From the IMG/VR virus record IMGVR_UViG_3300037501_000255: a stretch of DNA of 64,000 bases. One strand, written 5' to 3'. Shown here piece after piece: positions 9,341 through 18,411 of this stretch (position 1 is its first letter; each line of letters starts with the position of its first letter). Source of the stretch: a virus (lineage: Duplodnaviria > Caudoviricetes). The translations under genes and the position numbers were made by a program. The notes below the pieces were generated by a model. The model searched no databases. It worked only from the letters and a program-made list of their open reading frames with translations, and was not told the origin of the DNA.

Positions 9341-9718
9341 TTATTCGAACTGAATCCCGGCGGCCCTACCGTCAGCATAGCCCATTTCAAACTCCTCACC
9401 TTCAGTTAGATGGGCGGGAAGCGACAGCGCCCTGATCTCATCTTCTGATAGGAGAGCAAAGCCGAGTTCAAATCCGGAAACGTAGGCAATGTGCGTGCGC
9501 AGTTCAAACGTAATATGCTTGCAGCAGAACTCGAAGCTTTGATCGGAAAATAGGTCTGCCACTTTGCGCGCGGGCATTTTCCGCGCAGCAATCAACAGTG
9601 CAACGAAAGGCGCGCATCTACGCGCCTCTACGTCAACCCACTCCATGCGCAAAGGTTTGCATTTGAGCTTAGCGTAGGCCCTCGCCAATTCGCCAACAGT
9701 AACTTGTTTAGGCTTCAT
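9341..9718 (-). CDS. hypothetical protein
   Basis: Probable start MKPKQV at 9718 (ORF track over-extends). Confidence 0.55.
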   Translation of the reverse strand: MKPKQVTVGELARAYAKLKCKPLRMEWVDVEARRCAPFVALLIAARKMPARKVADLFSDQSFEFCCKHITFELRTHIAYVSGFELGFALLSEDEIRALSLPAHLTEGEEFEMGYADGRAAGIQFE

Positions 9719-9734
9719 ATAAGAAGAATTCGCT

Positions 9735-10130
9735 TCACCTATCTGCGCGCACCTGCTCAACCAAAGAAGGTAGTTCCCTGTCCAGATAGGCTTGGAGTTG
9801 CTGAAGGTATGTGATGAAATTGGGCAGCTGACTAACTGGCACCCAAATACGGCCCAGGCCGCTTCTGGCGGGTCGATTACCACCCAGGACAAGCACATGT
9901 TCGCCCCGGAGCATATTTTTACTCTCGGTATTTGAGGCGAAATCAACCAATAGGCTAATGGTATTGTGTATAACGTCCACACCTCCCAAATTAGGGCTGT
10001 CGCTGCAATCATGCGCGATGATTTCAAGCGGCACAAGACCGCCGGGACCTGCATTTGTAAACATTCTATCTACCCAGTTGCGAGTATCATTTTGAGGCTC
10101 ACCGTTATCAGTGGTTGTAAATTCAGTCAT
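9735..10130 (-). CDS. hypothetical protein
   Basis: ATG overlaps upstream stop (ATGA). Confidence 0.65.
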   Translation of the reverse strand: MTEFTTTDNGEPQNDTRNWVDRMFTNAGPGGLVPLEIIAHDCSDSPNLGGVDVIHNTISLLVDFASNTESKNMLRGEHVLVLGGNRPARSGLGRIWVPVSQLPNFITYLQQLQAYLDRELPSLVEQVRADR

Positions 10131-10738
10131 ACCATCACCTCTGTCTCAGTTGTGGAGGGCCCAACCCTACCATTGCGCCAAATAGTTAAATCGAAGTCAG
10201 CAATATTACTAACCCCAATGCTTTTGGCATGTTGCAAGAATGCTTGCTCCAGTTTAGCGTATCTGCGCCCAGTTGGAGAGCCTTTGGGGACTTCAACGCC
10301 TATGACGGCCAAGTATTTAAGCACATGAGTATCCAATACGGCAATATTATTCTGAGCCGGACGACTGTGCAAAAGAAAGAATCTAGCGGTTTTTGGCCCG
10401 ATACCGTATTGATTCTCGAGATCGACCACCGAGCATGTGCGGAGATTGATGTCCGAAGTGGCAATATCCAACATCGACTTAGCCAGCTTTGTATAGCAGC
10501 CAAATTTGAATAATTTCAAAGTCTCCGCCAGGCTAACACCGAATGGCTGATGCTCTACCACAGCGCGAATGTACTCAAATGGGGAGTAATGGATCGCACG
10601 CGCAGTTTCCATGAATTGCTCAAGAGTGCGCGCAGTTGTGTGGGCATTATGCCCTGCCACCGCAATACAGAAGAGGAGAAATTCCTCCAATTCCTCATCA
10701 GACCTAGAGAAATTAGTCACCGCATCAGGATTAATCAT
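10127..10738 (-). CDS. HhH DNA glycosylase (8-oxoguanine glycosylase-like)
   Basis: GIGPKTARFFL HhH motif followed by IAVLDTHVLKYL. Confidence 0.85.
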   Translation of the reverse strand: MINPDAVTNFSRSDEELEEFLLFCIAVAGHNAHTTARTLEQFMETARAIHYSPFEYIRAVVEHQPFGVSLAETLKLFKFGCYTKLAKSMLDIATSDINLRTCSVVDLENQYGIGPKTARFFLLHSRPAQNNIAVLDTHVLKYLAVIGVEVPKGSPTGRRYAKLEQAFLQHAKSIGVSNIADFDLTIWRNGRVGPSTTETEVMV

Positions 10739-11060
10739 TGTCCGCCCGCCCCTTAGCATTTGCGTCGGCCCGTGCAGTAGATATGCACATATCATTACTG
10801 CGCACAGGGCCACTCACCTTGAGATTATTTCCCAAATTAGAGCCCTTATTTCGAAGGTATGTCGCCCTAGAAATGTAGTCTGTCAGAGCTCGGGACTTGT
10901 TAATTTGTATAGAGCATCCGGTCTTATGACTATAGATCATATTGCCGCTATAGCGCTCGACAGATTCCTCGGCACACTCTGCGCATACTGTGATCTTGCC
11001 AGGCTTGCCTCTGCGAGAGGTAATATCATATTCTGTGCCACAATCATCACAAGCACGCAT
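10731..11060 (-). CDS. hypothetical Zn-ribbon protein
   Basis: CDDC..CAEC. Confidence 0.65.
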   Translation of the reverse strand: MRACDDCGTEYDITSRRGKPGKITVCAECAEESVERYSGNMIYSHKTGCSIQINKSRALTDYISRATYLRNKGSNLGNNLKVSGPVRSNDMCISTARADANAKGRADND

Positions 11061-11109
11061 ACGTTACTCCGTGTGTTTGGCTTATGTGAGGTGTGGCGAA
11101 CGGAGTTAG

Positions 11110-11265
11110 TTAATTATCTAATTCTTCGTTCAGATCCCAATCGCGACAGGCAGTCTCCTTGGCCCGTTTCTTTTTATCTACATGAGGTCCAGCGCCACCG
11201 CGCTCCCACGCATTCCTTGCGATTTGACGCGGTACCCGAACTCGCTTGCGCTTCTTATTAGCCAT
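11110..11265 (-). CDS. small basic protein (51 aa, below ORF-track cutoff)
   Basis: Manual translation MANKKRKRVRVPRQIARNAWERGGAGPHVDKKKRAKETACRDWDLNEELDN. Confidence 0.6.
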   Translation of the reverse strand: MANKKRKRVRVPRQIARNAWERGGAGPHVDKKKRAKETACRDWDLNEELDN

Positions 11266-11455
11266 TGTCCGCGTCAGTTACCACCCCACCATCAATGGTG
11301 AGATTGACCCGATCAATACAATAATCCATAGTTAGCTGATGCCGCACTCCATTCTCAGCAACAATTCTATGACGCAAGCCGGCACCCTTGATTAACTGCA
11401 GGGCGGCTTCTAATGACTTTCCGATAATCTCACTCTTAATCTTAGAAAATTCCAT
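11258..11455 (-). CDS. peptidase inhibitor I78-like small protein
   Basis: LTMDYCIDRVNLTIDGGVV pattern. Confidence 0.6.
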   Translation of the reverse strand: MEFSKIKSEIIGKSLEAALQLIKGAGLRHRIVAENGVRHQLTMDYCIDRVNLTIDGGVVTDADNG

Positions 11456-11467
11456 ACATATCACCTT

Positions 11468-11543
11468 TGGAGCAACGGGCGGGACTTGAACCCGCAATCC
11501 CCGGTTTTGCAGACCGATGCCTTACCAATTTGGCCACCGTTGC
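11468..11543 (-). tRNA. tRNA-Cys(GCA)
   Basis: CGGT-CTGCAAA-ACCG, TCCA end. Confidence 0.95.
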
Positions 11544-11546
11544 ATT

Positions 11547-11807
11547 TCAATCTGGATCGCCTTGGAGCGAATCAAACTTAGCCCTCAGACGCTCGTATTC
11601 ACGTCTCTCAGCAAGCTCTGCAGACTTGCGATGTCGCTCAGCACGCTCCGCGTATCTTTGGCGCTGACGCTCGGCTAACTCTGCCGCGAGCCCCGCGACT
11701 GGCTTCTCATCACAGGATTTAATCTCATACTTCGAATGTACAATTAGACAATCACTATATAATACCTTACCGGCATCAGAGATGCTCTGAGATGTGTCGA
11801 GCAACAT
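11547..11807 (-). CDS. hypothetical protein
   Basis: ATG ORF with coiled-coil C-terminus. Confidence 0.55.
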   Translation of the reverse strand: MLLDTSQSISDAGKVLYSDCLIVHSKYEIKSCDEKPVAGLAAELAERQRQRYAERAERHRKSAELAERREYERLRAKFDSLQGDPD

Positions 11808-12082
11808 CGCTTAACCTAGACCAAGTCTTTCCTAGCTTAGAAAAGCGTGGGTGGCTGCCCCCGCCACTAAACAGCCCATCTGGACGGCGTATTTTGTAGA
11901 ACTCTATTGTTCGATTCATATATCCCTTTCAATTAGGGGGGAGATCTTATCAAGGATCTCCTGCATAACCTCTTCTGCGGCAGAAAAACGCTCTTCGGCA
12001 TCTTCAATCAAATCAGCCTCTTCCAAGTGCGCCGTAATAGCATCGCGCACCTCCTCCAGAACCTCTTGAATGTGCAGATCAA

Positions 12083-12532
12083 TCATTTATCACCCTCCTC
12101 TATAAACTGTTTAACATAGAGCTGTATCTGCTTGCCGTCAGCAACAGACTTGAGTGCGGGGAGACAGACCTTCATGCCGGCGCCCAAGTCTTTAATGCCA
12201 GACGAATTCAGAATCTCATACACCTTCTGTCGGACTTCCTCGGCAGACAGTCTCTTTGGTAAATATGAGTTAATGATAGATAACTCGCCCTGCTCCTTAA
12301 CCTTCAAGGCACTTTCTCCCGGAATTGATGCTATGGCATCCCCACCCTGTTTCTGAAGCTTCAGCAATACAGAGGTGGTCTGCTCGTCATTTAGTCCATT
12401 CTGGCGACACCCTAGCTCAATTGCGCGACTTAACAAGGCCGCCTTAATATTGGCCAGCGCAAGTGACCGAACAGAATCCATCGCCTTCATAGCGGCAGTC
12501 CAGTCGGAAAGAATTGTAGTATACAAGGACAT
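12083..12532 (-). CDS. GatB/YqeY domain protein
   Basis: AAMKAMD..L..IKAAL, EL.II.SYLPKRLS.EE, DLGAGMK, ADGK. Confidence 0.88.
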   Translation of the reverse strand: MSLYTTILSDWTAAMKAMDSVRSLALANIKAALLSRAIELGCRQNGLNDEQTTSVLLKLQKQGGDAIASIPGESALKVKEQGELSIINSYLPKRLSAEEVRQKVYEILNSSGIKDLGAGMKVCLPALKSVADGKQIQLYVKQFIEEGDK

Positions 12533-12540
12533 ATATACTC

Positions 12541-13599
12541 CTACAGCATGCTCTCTGCTGTTAGGTATAATTGATTCAGCTCCGGCGTCTTAGTTGGATC
12601 AGTAAGATGTACTGCCCAACTATCCTCTGACAGTTTACGCAGAATCTGCGTCTTCGTATAACGAGGATTGCGCGTCCCGTAGTTTGCTTTGATCTGCCTA
12701 ATATTCCGCAAGACATTCCCGATTGCAATATTGGCAAGGTCCCTGGCAAGGTGACAGGAGAGGTTTACTCTTCCCACCCGACGCTTTAGGCCGGTCAGGT
12801 CAAAGCCAAAGCGATGCGACATACAACTTCTATCGCCTGCCACACTCATCCATTGAGTCAAATCCTCAGCATACCCTTCCGGCGAGGAGAGGGCTCGGCG
12901 CGGCATGCGCAGCTTCCAATCGTTAGGATGGTAAAATAGGCGAATCTTTTTGTCCTCTAAAGCAATGCTTTGCGCATCTCCGATGACACGCTTGCCCATT
13001 TTAGTGGCAAATTGCCCCAGATAGATACAGGTGGCAAATGAGCCACTTTGAAGAATATCACCTGGCACCAGTTCCTTTTGAGGAATAGACTTAGATTTTT
13101 TGGCGTTATGTGACTCCATAATTCTAGCATGCGCTACTGAGCCTATGCGCACAAGCTGCATTCCCATATACGGGATATCCGCCCAGATGAATGTGCCGCC
13201 AATCACGCCGCCCACGATACTTTCATGCACAGCAGAATCCATGACGACATGATCTTCTACAGTAAACACCCGCTCCTGGGCATCCATCACATTATAGAAG
13301 TAGCGCCCCCTACCCCATACCCTATCGGCAATCTTGAGTCCAGAAATAGGCAGATTTGATACGATTGCTACAGCCTGTGAAGCATCGTCTTGGGCAGCTG
13401 CCCATTCACGATCGTCGGCATTATATACGGGCCGCGCCCTAGCCCTATATCCTTGAACTGCAGGATATGAGGTCAGGTGATAAGCATCACCACCAAGAGG
13501 ACTTGCTGTGCGAGAACTAATTAAAGCGATGGTTTCCGGAATCTTACCACCTGACCTCATATTCTTATACTCCCTGTCTAATGCGCTCAAGTAAATCAT
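12541..13599 (-). CDS. hypothetical protein
   Basis: 352-aa ORF; no motif recognised. Confidence 0.75.
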   Translation of the reverse strand: MIYLSALDREYKNMRSGGKIPETIALISSRTASPLGGDAYHLTSYPAVQGYRARARPVYNADDREWAAAQDDASQAVAIVSNLPISGLKIADRVWGRGRYFYNVMDAQERVFTVEDHVVMDSAVHESIVGGVIGGTFIWADIPYMGMQLVRIGSVAHARIMESHNAKKSKSIPQKELVPGDILQSGSFATCIYLGQFATKMGKRVIGDAQSIALEDKKIRLFYHPNDWKLRMPRRALSSPEGYAEDLTQWMSVAGDRSCMSHRFGFDLTGLKRRVGRVNLSCHLARDLANIAIGNVLRNIRQIKANYGTRNPRYTKTQILRKLSEDSWAVHLTDPTKTPELNQLYLTAESML

Positions 13600-13837
13600 C
13601 GAGCGCGGTTCCTGTGCGATTTCTAACTATCTCCTCAGTTTTTTCTGAGAGATGGACTCTTCCGCGCGACTCCGAAATCAGAATGTAACAGGCTGTAAGC
13701 TGCGGCTTGAGCAGCAATAATTCGCGCTGATCTTTGTAAGATGTGGGACCATGTGCAATGCCGCGAAGTCTGGACTTAAGATCCCTGCACGCAGCTTCAA
13801 GGCCCAGCCGTATATCTGAAATTTTCTTCTTTGACAT
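13565..13837 (-). CDS. hypothetical protein
   Basis: ATG after GGAG. Confidence 0.55.
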   Translation of the reverse strand: MSKKKISDIRLGLEAACRDLKSRLRGIAHGPTSYKDQRELLLLKPQLTACYILISESRGRVHLSEKTEEIVRNRTGTALDDLLERIRQGV

Positions 13838-13848
13838 GATATTAGCTC

Positions 13849-14136
13849 CTATTTTAGTAGAGGAAGTGAACCCAAAACACCAGACACATTATTTTTGGTG
13901 GTCGGAGAGATACCTATAGCCATCGGCTCCCCCAGGTATGGAGGATCGGGCTCGACAATCAATTTATGCGGTATCTTCTTCTCTACGAGCTCGCGCTCTA
14001 GAGCTAATAGCTTGGCTACATTTGGTACGCTTAAAACAACAGCGTGAGTACCATTTAGTACGGCAGTCGCAACCGATTCGCCTGCCGCATGCACGATTTG
14101 TGCACACATCGTCCCCCGTGGAAGGTCCGATCTCAC
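13849..14136 (-). CDS. second Pth2-like protein (phage type); true start uncertain
   Basis: (HYCIV)RSDLPRG..CAQIVHAAGES, HAVVLSV, EPD..GEP.AIGISP. Confidence 0.75.
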   Translation of the reverse strand: MRSDLPRGTMCAQIVHAAGESVATAVLNGTHAVVLSVPNVAKLLALERELVEKKIPHKLIVEPDPPYLGEPMAIGISPTTKNNVSGVLGSLPLLK

Positions 14137-14220
14137 TATGCAGTAATGATATAGTATTGGTGGCGCGTCCGCCTGTCGGTCAATGCATCATATTCATATA
14201 TACAACCTCCTTATTTATCA

Positions 14221-14294
14221 CGACCCAAGCGGGAATCGAACCCGCCCTTGCCGAGTCATTACTCCGGCCGTACTACCACTAATACGATAGGGTC
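14221..14294 (-). tRNA. tRNA-like gene with non-canonical 9-nt anticodon loop
   Basis: GACCCTA/TTGGGTC acceptor, GTAT/GTAC D-stem, GCCGG-AGTAATGAC-TCGGC, GCGGG-TTCGATT-CCCGC. Confidence 0.65.
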
Positions 14295-14316
14295 ACAACA
14301 ATATATACACCACTAG

Positions 14317-14966
14317 TTACAGGTCAAGCTCAATCGTCTTGTATGCTATAGCATACCTGTCATCTAGGACCGAGGCGTTTATGTAATTTACCCCATCTAT
14401 AACACGTAATCCATGCCCCTCATGTATATGTCCGCAGATGTGGGCGCCAAGTTTGGGTAGTTTAGCTATCCTGCGCGACAGATCCCTACATCCCACATTC
14501 TCTACTGACAAGGTGCCGTCGCGATTGACCTGATCTCCAATCATGCTTGGAGGTCCGTGGGTGATGAGTACCTCGGTATCATCAGGTATGATCTCCCATT
14601 TGGCCGCAATTTCTGGACCTCTGCGAAGATTGAATGCCCAATTGAAAAATTCCGGCTGATATGGAGAGCCGTAAAATTTAATACCGCCTAGGATAACGTG
14701 CTCATCGTGAAGATAATGCACATTCTGCCGGGCGCCTGTAAGGATCTGCCTGGCCACATCCGGCTCTTCTTCCGCTAACCAATCGTGATTACCAGCTATT
14801 ATGACAATGTGTTCATGTTGCTGGGTTGCTATCCACTGTGCGAATTTCTCGAATTCTTTACGATGCCCGCCTTGGGTAAGGTCGCCGGCATGGACTACAC
14901 GTCACCGAGAGGCACATGAATGTGTTGAGCAAAGTTATGAGTATCACTAATGCATACTAGCCTCAT
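14317..14966 (-). CDS. calcineurin-like metallophosphoesterase (MPPED-like), 1-nt frameshift near 14898
   Basis: MRLVCISDTH..GDV / VHAGDLT..IAGNHD..LITHGPP..HICGHIHEG. Confidence 0.88.
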
Positions 14967-15346
14967 TAACAATTTCCACCTTTAACAAGAAAGGGCATGC
15001 GCTTAAGAGCCTCTTCGACCATTTTACGACCTGCATCTTGCTGCAGTGCCGTAATACTATCTCTAGTATGCAAGACTTTCATCAAAACCGGATTTTTCCT
15101 ATGCAGATTGATTATCTGCTCAAGTTCAGATTCTGAAAATGTATCCTCTAGCGAGACTGAGATTTTCTCCATTAAACCGGACATATCGAAACTAGAGCGC
15201 AATCTAGTAAAGTACTCATTGTCTTCAGCACTTAGAGATTGGGAAACAAGTGCAAAAAAGTCATTAAGGACCTTCTCTATTTGCTCATAGTAGCCAAAAA
15301 ACTCTATATATTCTTTTGTAATATTTTTCATTACTTCACATACCAC
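14966..15346 (-). CDS. DUF2059-like protein
   Basis: ..DTFSESELEQIINLH..NPVLMK pattern. Confidence 0.5.
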   Translation of the reverse strand: MVCEVMKNITKEYIEFFGYYEQIEKVLNDFFALVSQSLSAEDNEYFTRLRSSFDMSGLMEKISVSLEDTFSESELEQIINLHRKNPVLMKVLHTRDSITALQQDAGRKMVEEALKRMPFLVKGGNC

Positions 15347-15735
15347 TATCCTTTGTTAGCTGTTCGATTAAAATCATCCTCAAATCTTTCAATATCACTC
15401 TCTTCAAATGAAGAGCCAGTCTGAACCTCGACAATCTCCATGCCGTCGCTGCCTGCAATCAGCCTGTGCTTTTTGCCACATGGCACATCTACACTTGAGC
15501 CTGGTACAATAGCAATCTCTACGAGTACACCCTCTTCCGACTCAACAATTGCCGATCCCGAGCCGCGTACCACAAACCAGTGTTCGGACCTATGCTTGTG
15601 TCGCTGCAGGGAAAGACGTTTAAGGGGCAACACGTCTAGGATCTTAACCTTGCTACCCCTGCTCTCCCATATGACAGTAAAAGAGCCCCATGGCCGTTTA
15701 TCCGACGCGTCAGGTTGCACCAACAGCTCCTGCAT
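15346..15735 (-). CDS. cupin, mannose-6-phosphate isomerase C-terminal type
   Basis: RPWGSF, LSLQRHKHRSEHWFVV, KHRL, EVQTG..E.DIERFEDD. Confidence 0.92.
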   Translation of the reverse strand: MQELLVQPDASDKRPWGSFTVIWESRGSKVKILDVLPLKRLSLQRHKHRSEHWFVVRGSGSAIVESEEGVLVEIAIVPGSSVDVPCGKKHRLIAGSDGMEIVEVQTGSSFEESDIERFEDDFNRTANKG

Positions 15736-17032
15736 GTAGGACGATCAACTTGGCCATACGATCCTCTACCGCATCGCGGTGTGATTGATCTCCGTCAGGA
15801 CCGTATCTATGACACAATTCATGAATTAGGGTAGCTATGAGCTTTACACGCTCTTTTAGAATTCTTCTGGCCAAAAAGACCTGCCCCTTATCCAGCTCAA
15901 ACTTGCCCCATAGTTTGTCACCAACGAAATCCACGACAGATATCTGTGCCAAACTCGCAGGCTCGACCTTTGAGACAAGATCAACGGCCCACTTGAGATT
16001 TGAAATCTCATCATCACTAAGTTCGTGTGCATCCCAAACTTTAGATGTGGATAGGACTTTTGATGCCAGAATTCGATCAAGTGGCGACTTAACCTTGCGC
16101 AAGGCGCGCAAAAGCGGAGCATTGACAATAATGCCCTTCAAAGCAAAATCTCTAGCCCGAACACTCTCCTCTAGAGAGGCTACAGGGGTAGCTTCTGAAC
16201 CGTACTTCGAATCAAATGCATCTGAAATCATTTGATGAAACGCTGACGCCTGACCCCAGTCACTATCAAAAGCAAGAGTCTCCCCTCCCCCAGCCTCAAG
16301 TATTTCTAGGATTTTAGTTGGAGGAATTGCTCCAGACTCAACTACACGCTTGAGGACTGTAGCAATAGTCTGTCGCAGCGTAAAGGTGTCAGGGCTTTGC
16401 CGATCTCGGTCTAACTTAATCTTGGCCAGATCGTAGCCAAAAGCATACTGATCAGGTAGATCAGAAACATAGATGCCCTTTACATACAGCCTTCCGGCAT
16501 ACTCCGGAGCGAGCAACACCCGCCCTTCTGCACAATGAAGCGCTTCCGGATATGGATTTTGCAGAAAAAGCAGGCGCGAGCGAGCGCTTTCCCATTCGGA
16601 TTTCGGCACCCCATTTATAACGAAAGTCAGCGGATATTCTGCCGTATTCGGTCTAATGGTGAAACACAAAACCTCTGTATTGAAAACTTCAGAGTGTTCC
16701 AGTCCGGGAATCCACGCTTCCTTGCCATTAAAGATCGCAATCTTCGCACCCAAACGACACAGGGTTGCAGCGGCTAATTTATAGCCTTCACCGAATTCTC
16801 CGCGCTGAGATGAGATTCCCTTCTTTGAAGTGACGCCCAATACTAATGTTTCCCTAGGAAGGAGCGCGCCGTCATTTTTTATGACCAGCTGCTGATGTGT
16901 TTCATTATATGAGTACGACAGCTTCTGACCGCGCTCATGGGCATCCATCCCATTCTGGAACAATTCTCTAATTGCCTGCCACCATGACCAGTTTACGTAT
17001 GATGGGGAAATGGAGAGTGGTATCTTGGTCAT
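15710..17032 (-). CDS. GHKL (HATPase) ATPase fused to a C-terminal HExxH zincin-like domain
   Basis: AIRELFQNGMDA, LVLGVTSK, GEFGEGYKLAA; LIHELCH. Confidence 0.8.
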   Translation of the reverse strand: MTKIPLSISPSYVNWSWWQAIRELFQNGMDAHERGQKLSYSYNETHQQLVIKNDGALLPRETLVLGVTSKKGISSQRGEFGEGYKLAAATLCRLGAKIAIFNGKEAWIPGLEHSEVFNTEVLCFTIRPNTAEYPLTFVINGVPKSEWESARSRLLFLQNPYPEALHCAEGRVLLAPEYAGRLYVKGIYVSDLPDQYAFGYDLAKIKLDRDRQSPDTFTLRQTIATVLKRVVESGAIPPTKILEILEAGGGETLAFDSDWGQASAFHQMISDAFDSKYGSEATPVASLEESVRARDFALKGIIVNAPLLRALRKVKSPLDRILASKVLSTSKVWDAHELSDDEISNLKWAVDLVSKVEPASLAQISVVDFVGDKLWGKFELDKGQVFLARRILKERVKLIATLIHELCHRYGPDGDQSHRDAVEDRMAKLIVLHAGAVGAT

Positions 17033-17247
17033 ACTTCATCCTTAAACAAAAAGGTATTCAGACGCTCTCCGGTCACCACATAATAGCTACCGTAGGCTAG
17101 ACCGACGATGCTGCCGGCGAGATAACCCCTAAGACGCGAGATCCTGCTTTCCGTTGGCGGCAAAGTGCGTGCAGCAGAAATCACGCCATAGGTTGTGTAT
17201 GCTGAAATTATCGCCGGAGCAAACATGGCACGAAAAGCAAAATTCAT
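17029..17247 (-). CDS. small membrane protein
   Basis: two hydrophobic stretches; overlapping start/stop. Confidence 0.55.
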   Translation of the reverse strand: MNFAFRAMFAPAIISAYTTYGVISAARTLPPTESRISRLRGYLAGSIVGLAYGSYYVVTGERLNTFLFKDEV

Positions 17248-17576
17248 TGCACGCTCGCACGGAAGAAATCGAATCGACCACCTTGAGGTAGTCCACTGCC
17301 TTTAAATGAGCGCAAGTCCGGCCCGTGATACTTGGCGATGATAATCACATCACCGGACTTCGCAATCTCAAACTCCGACGAGGGCTGAATATCCATAGAA
17401 AGTGCTTTTGAGAGGGCGCCTGCTGTCTTAGCATCTAAGCTTACGCTAATGGGCTTGGGCCCCAATTCGCGCCTCACCATATTCAAGCCCACCTGATCAA
17501 ATGAAACAAGGCGAGCTCTCTTATTCAGATCCTGCAACATGGAGACGTGGAAATTTGTGCTGATGAAAACATTCAT
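17244..17576 (-). CDS. DUF1874 (STIV B116)-like protein
   Basis: FISTNFHVSML..A.ALSKAL..SGDVIII.KY.G..LPQG pattern. Confidence 0.5.
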   Translation of the reverse strand: MNVFISTNFHVSMLQDLNKRARLVSFDQVGLNMVRRELGPKPISVSLDAKTAGALSKALSMDIQPSSEFEIAKSGDVIIIAKYHGPDLRSFKGSGLPQGGRFDFFRASVQ

Positions 17577-17599
17577 TGTGAATTCCTGCTGAACCTTCC

Positions 17600-18358
17600 T
17601 CGAATAGTAATCCACTCCTGAGGAAAGTCAATATCAGAGAATATAGGGGCTGGCTTGGCCACCCACCTAGAGCGAACCACCTTCTCTGACGGTGGGGGTG
17701 ACCACCATCCTCGCACTCAACATCTAGCAGATAAGTTTCCTTAATTATCACACGACCTTGCAACAATCCAAGAGGATATGAGCCAAGCTCGACCCCTCAC
17801 TCCCTAAGAATAGAGCGCAGCTTTCCGACGCCGACGCCCTCCATTTCTTTGTGTGATAGCAGCGTTCTTGCTATCATATAAATAGCATTACGTATAGCAT
17901 CCGATTGCCTCCACATGAGGCAATTAATCACATCCTCTCGGTCCGAGATCGAAAAAGCTCTTGCGTCAAAAACGCGCCTCGCTCTTCAGATGACCGCTGC
18001 ATTCTCGCACGATTAAAAAGCATAGTCGCCATGGATGATGCCACAGATACTGTCTTCTGTAGATTTCCATCAAACCAGGCTTCGGAATTTGCCAAATCGA
18101 AATCCGATAGCACCAAAGTTATCTCGTCACTCTGCGTACAGGCCATGCGACAGCCTATAATCTCTGCACACAGACCTTGCGCAGTCGCATCGAAATCTGC
18201 GGCAAGCTCGAGATCGAATGGTTTTCGCAGCTTGCGTGTATACTTGGAAAAGTTCTACCATCAATCCTAATTACTGTATAGGAACGGCGGGGAAGATATA
18301 TCCGCGTACGATCCTCGTACATAGACTTGATACGATCTCCAAGCTCTTGCGTATTCAT
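17600..18358 (-). CDS. thg1: tRNA-His guanylyltransferase Thg1-like; several frameshifts and an in-frame TGA near 17788; 3' end approximate
   Basis: LGDRIKSMYE..IRIDGRTF / KPFD..QSDEITLV..WFDGNLQKTVSVASSMAT..FN / WRQ.DA.RNAI across frames. Confidence 0.88.
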
Positions 18359-18411
18359 AATAAGCTCCAATGCTCAAGGCGGCGCCCCGCGCGTTCGGGG
18401 GACGCCTCAAA

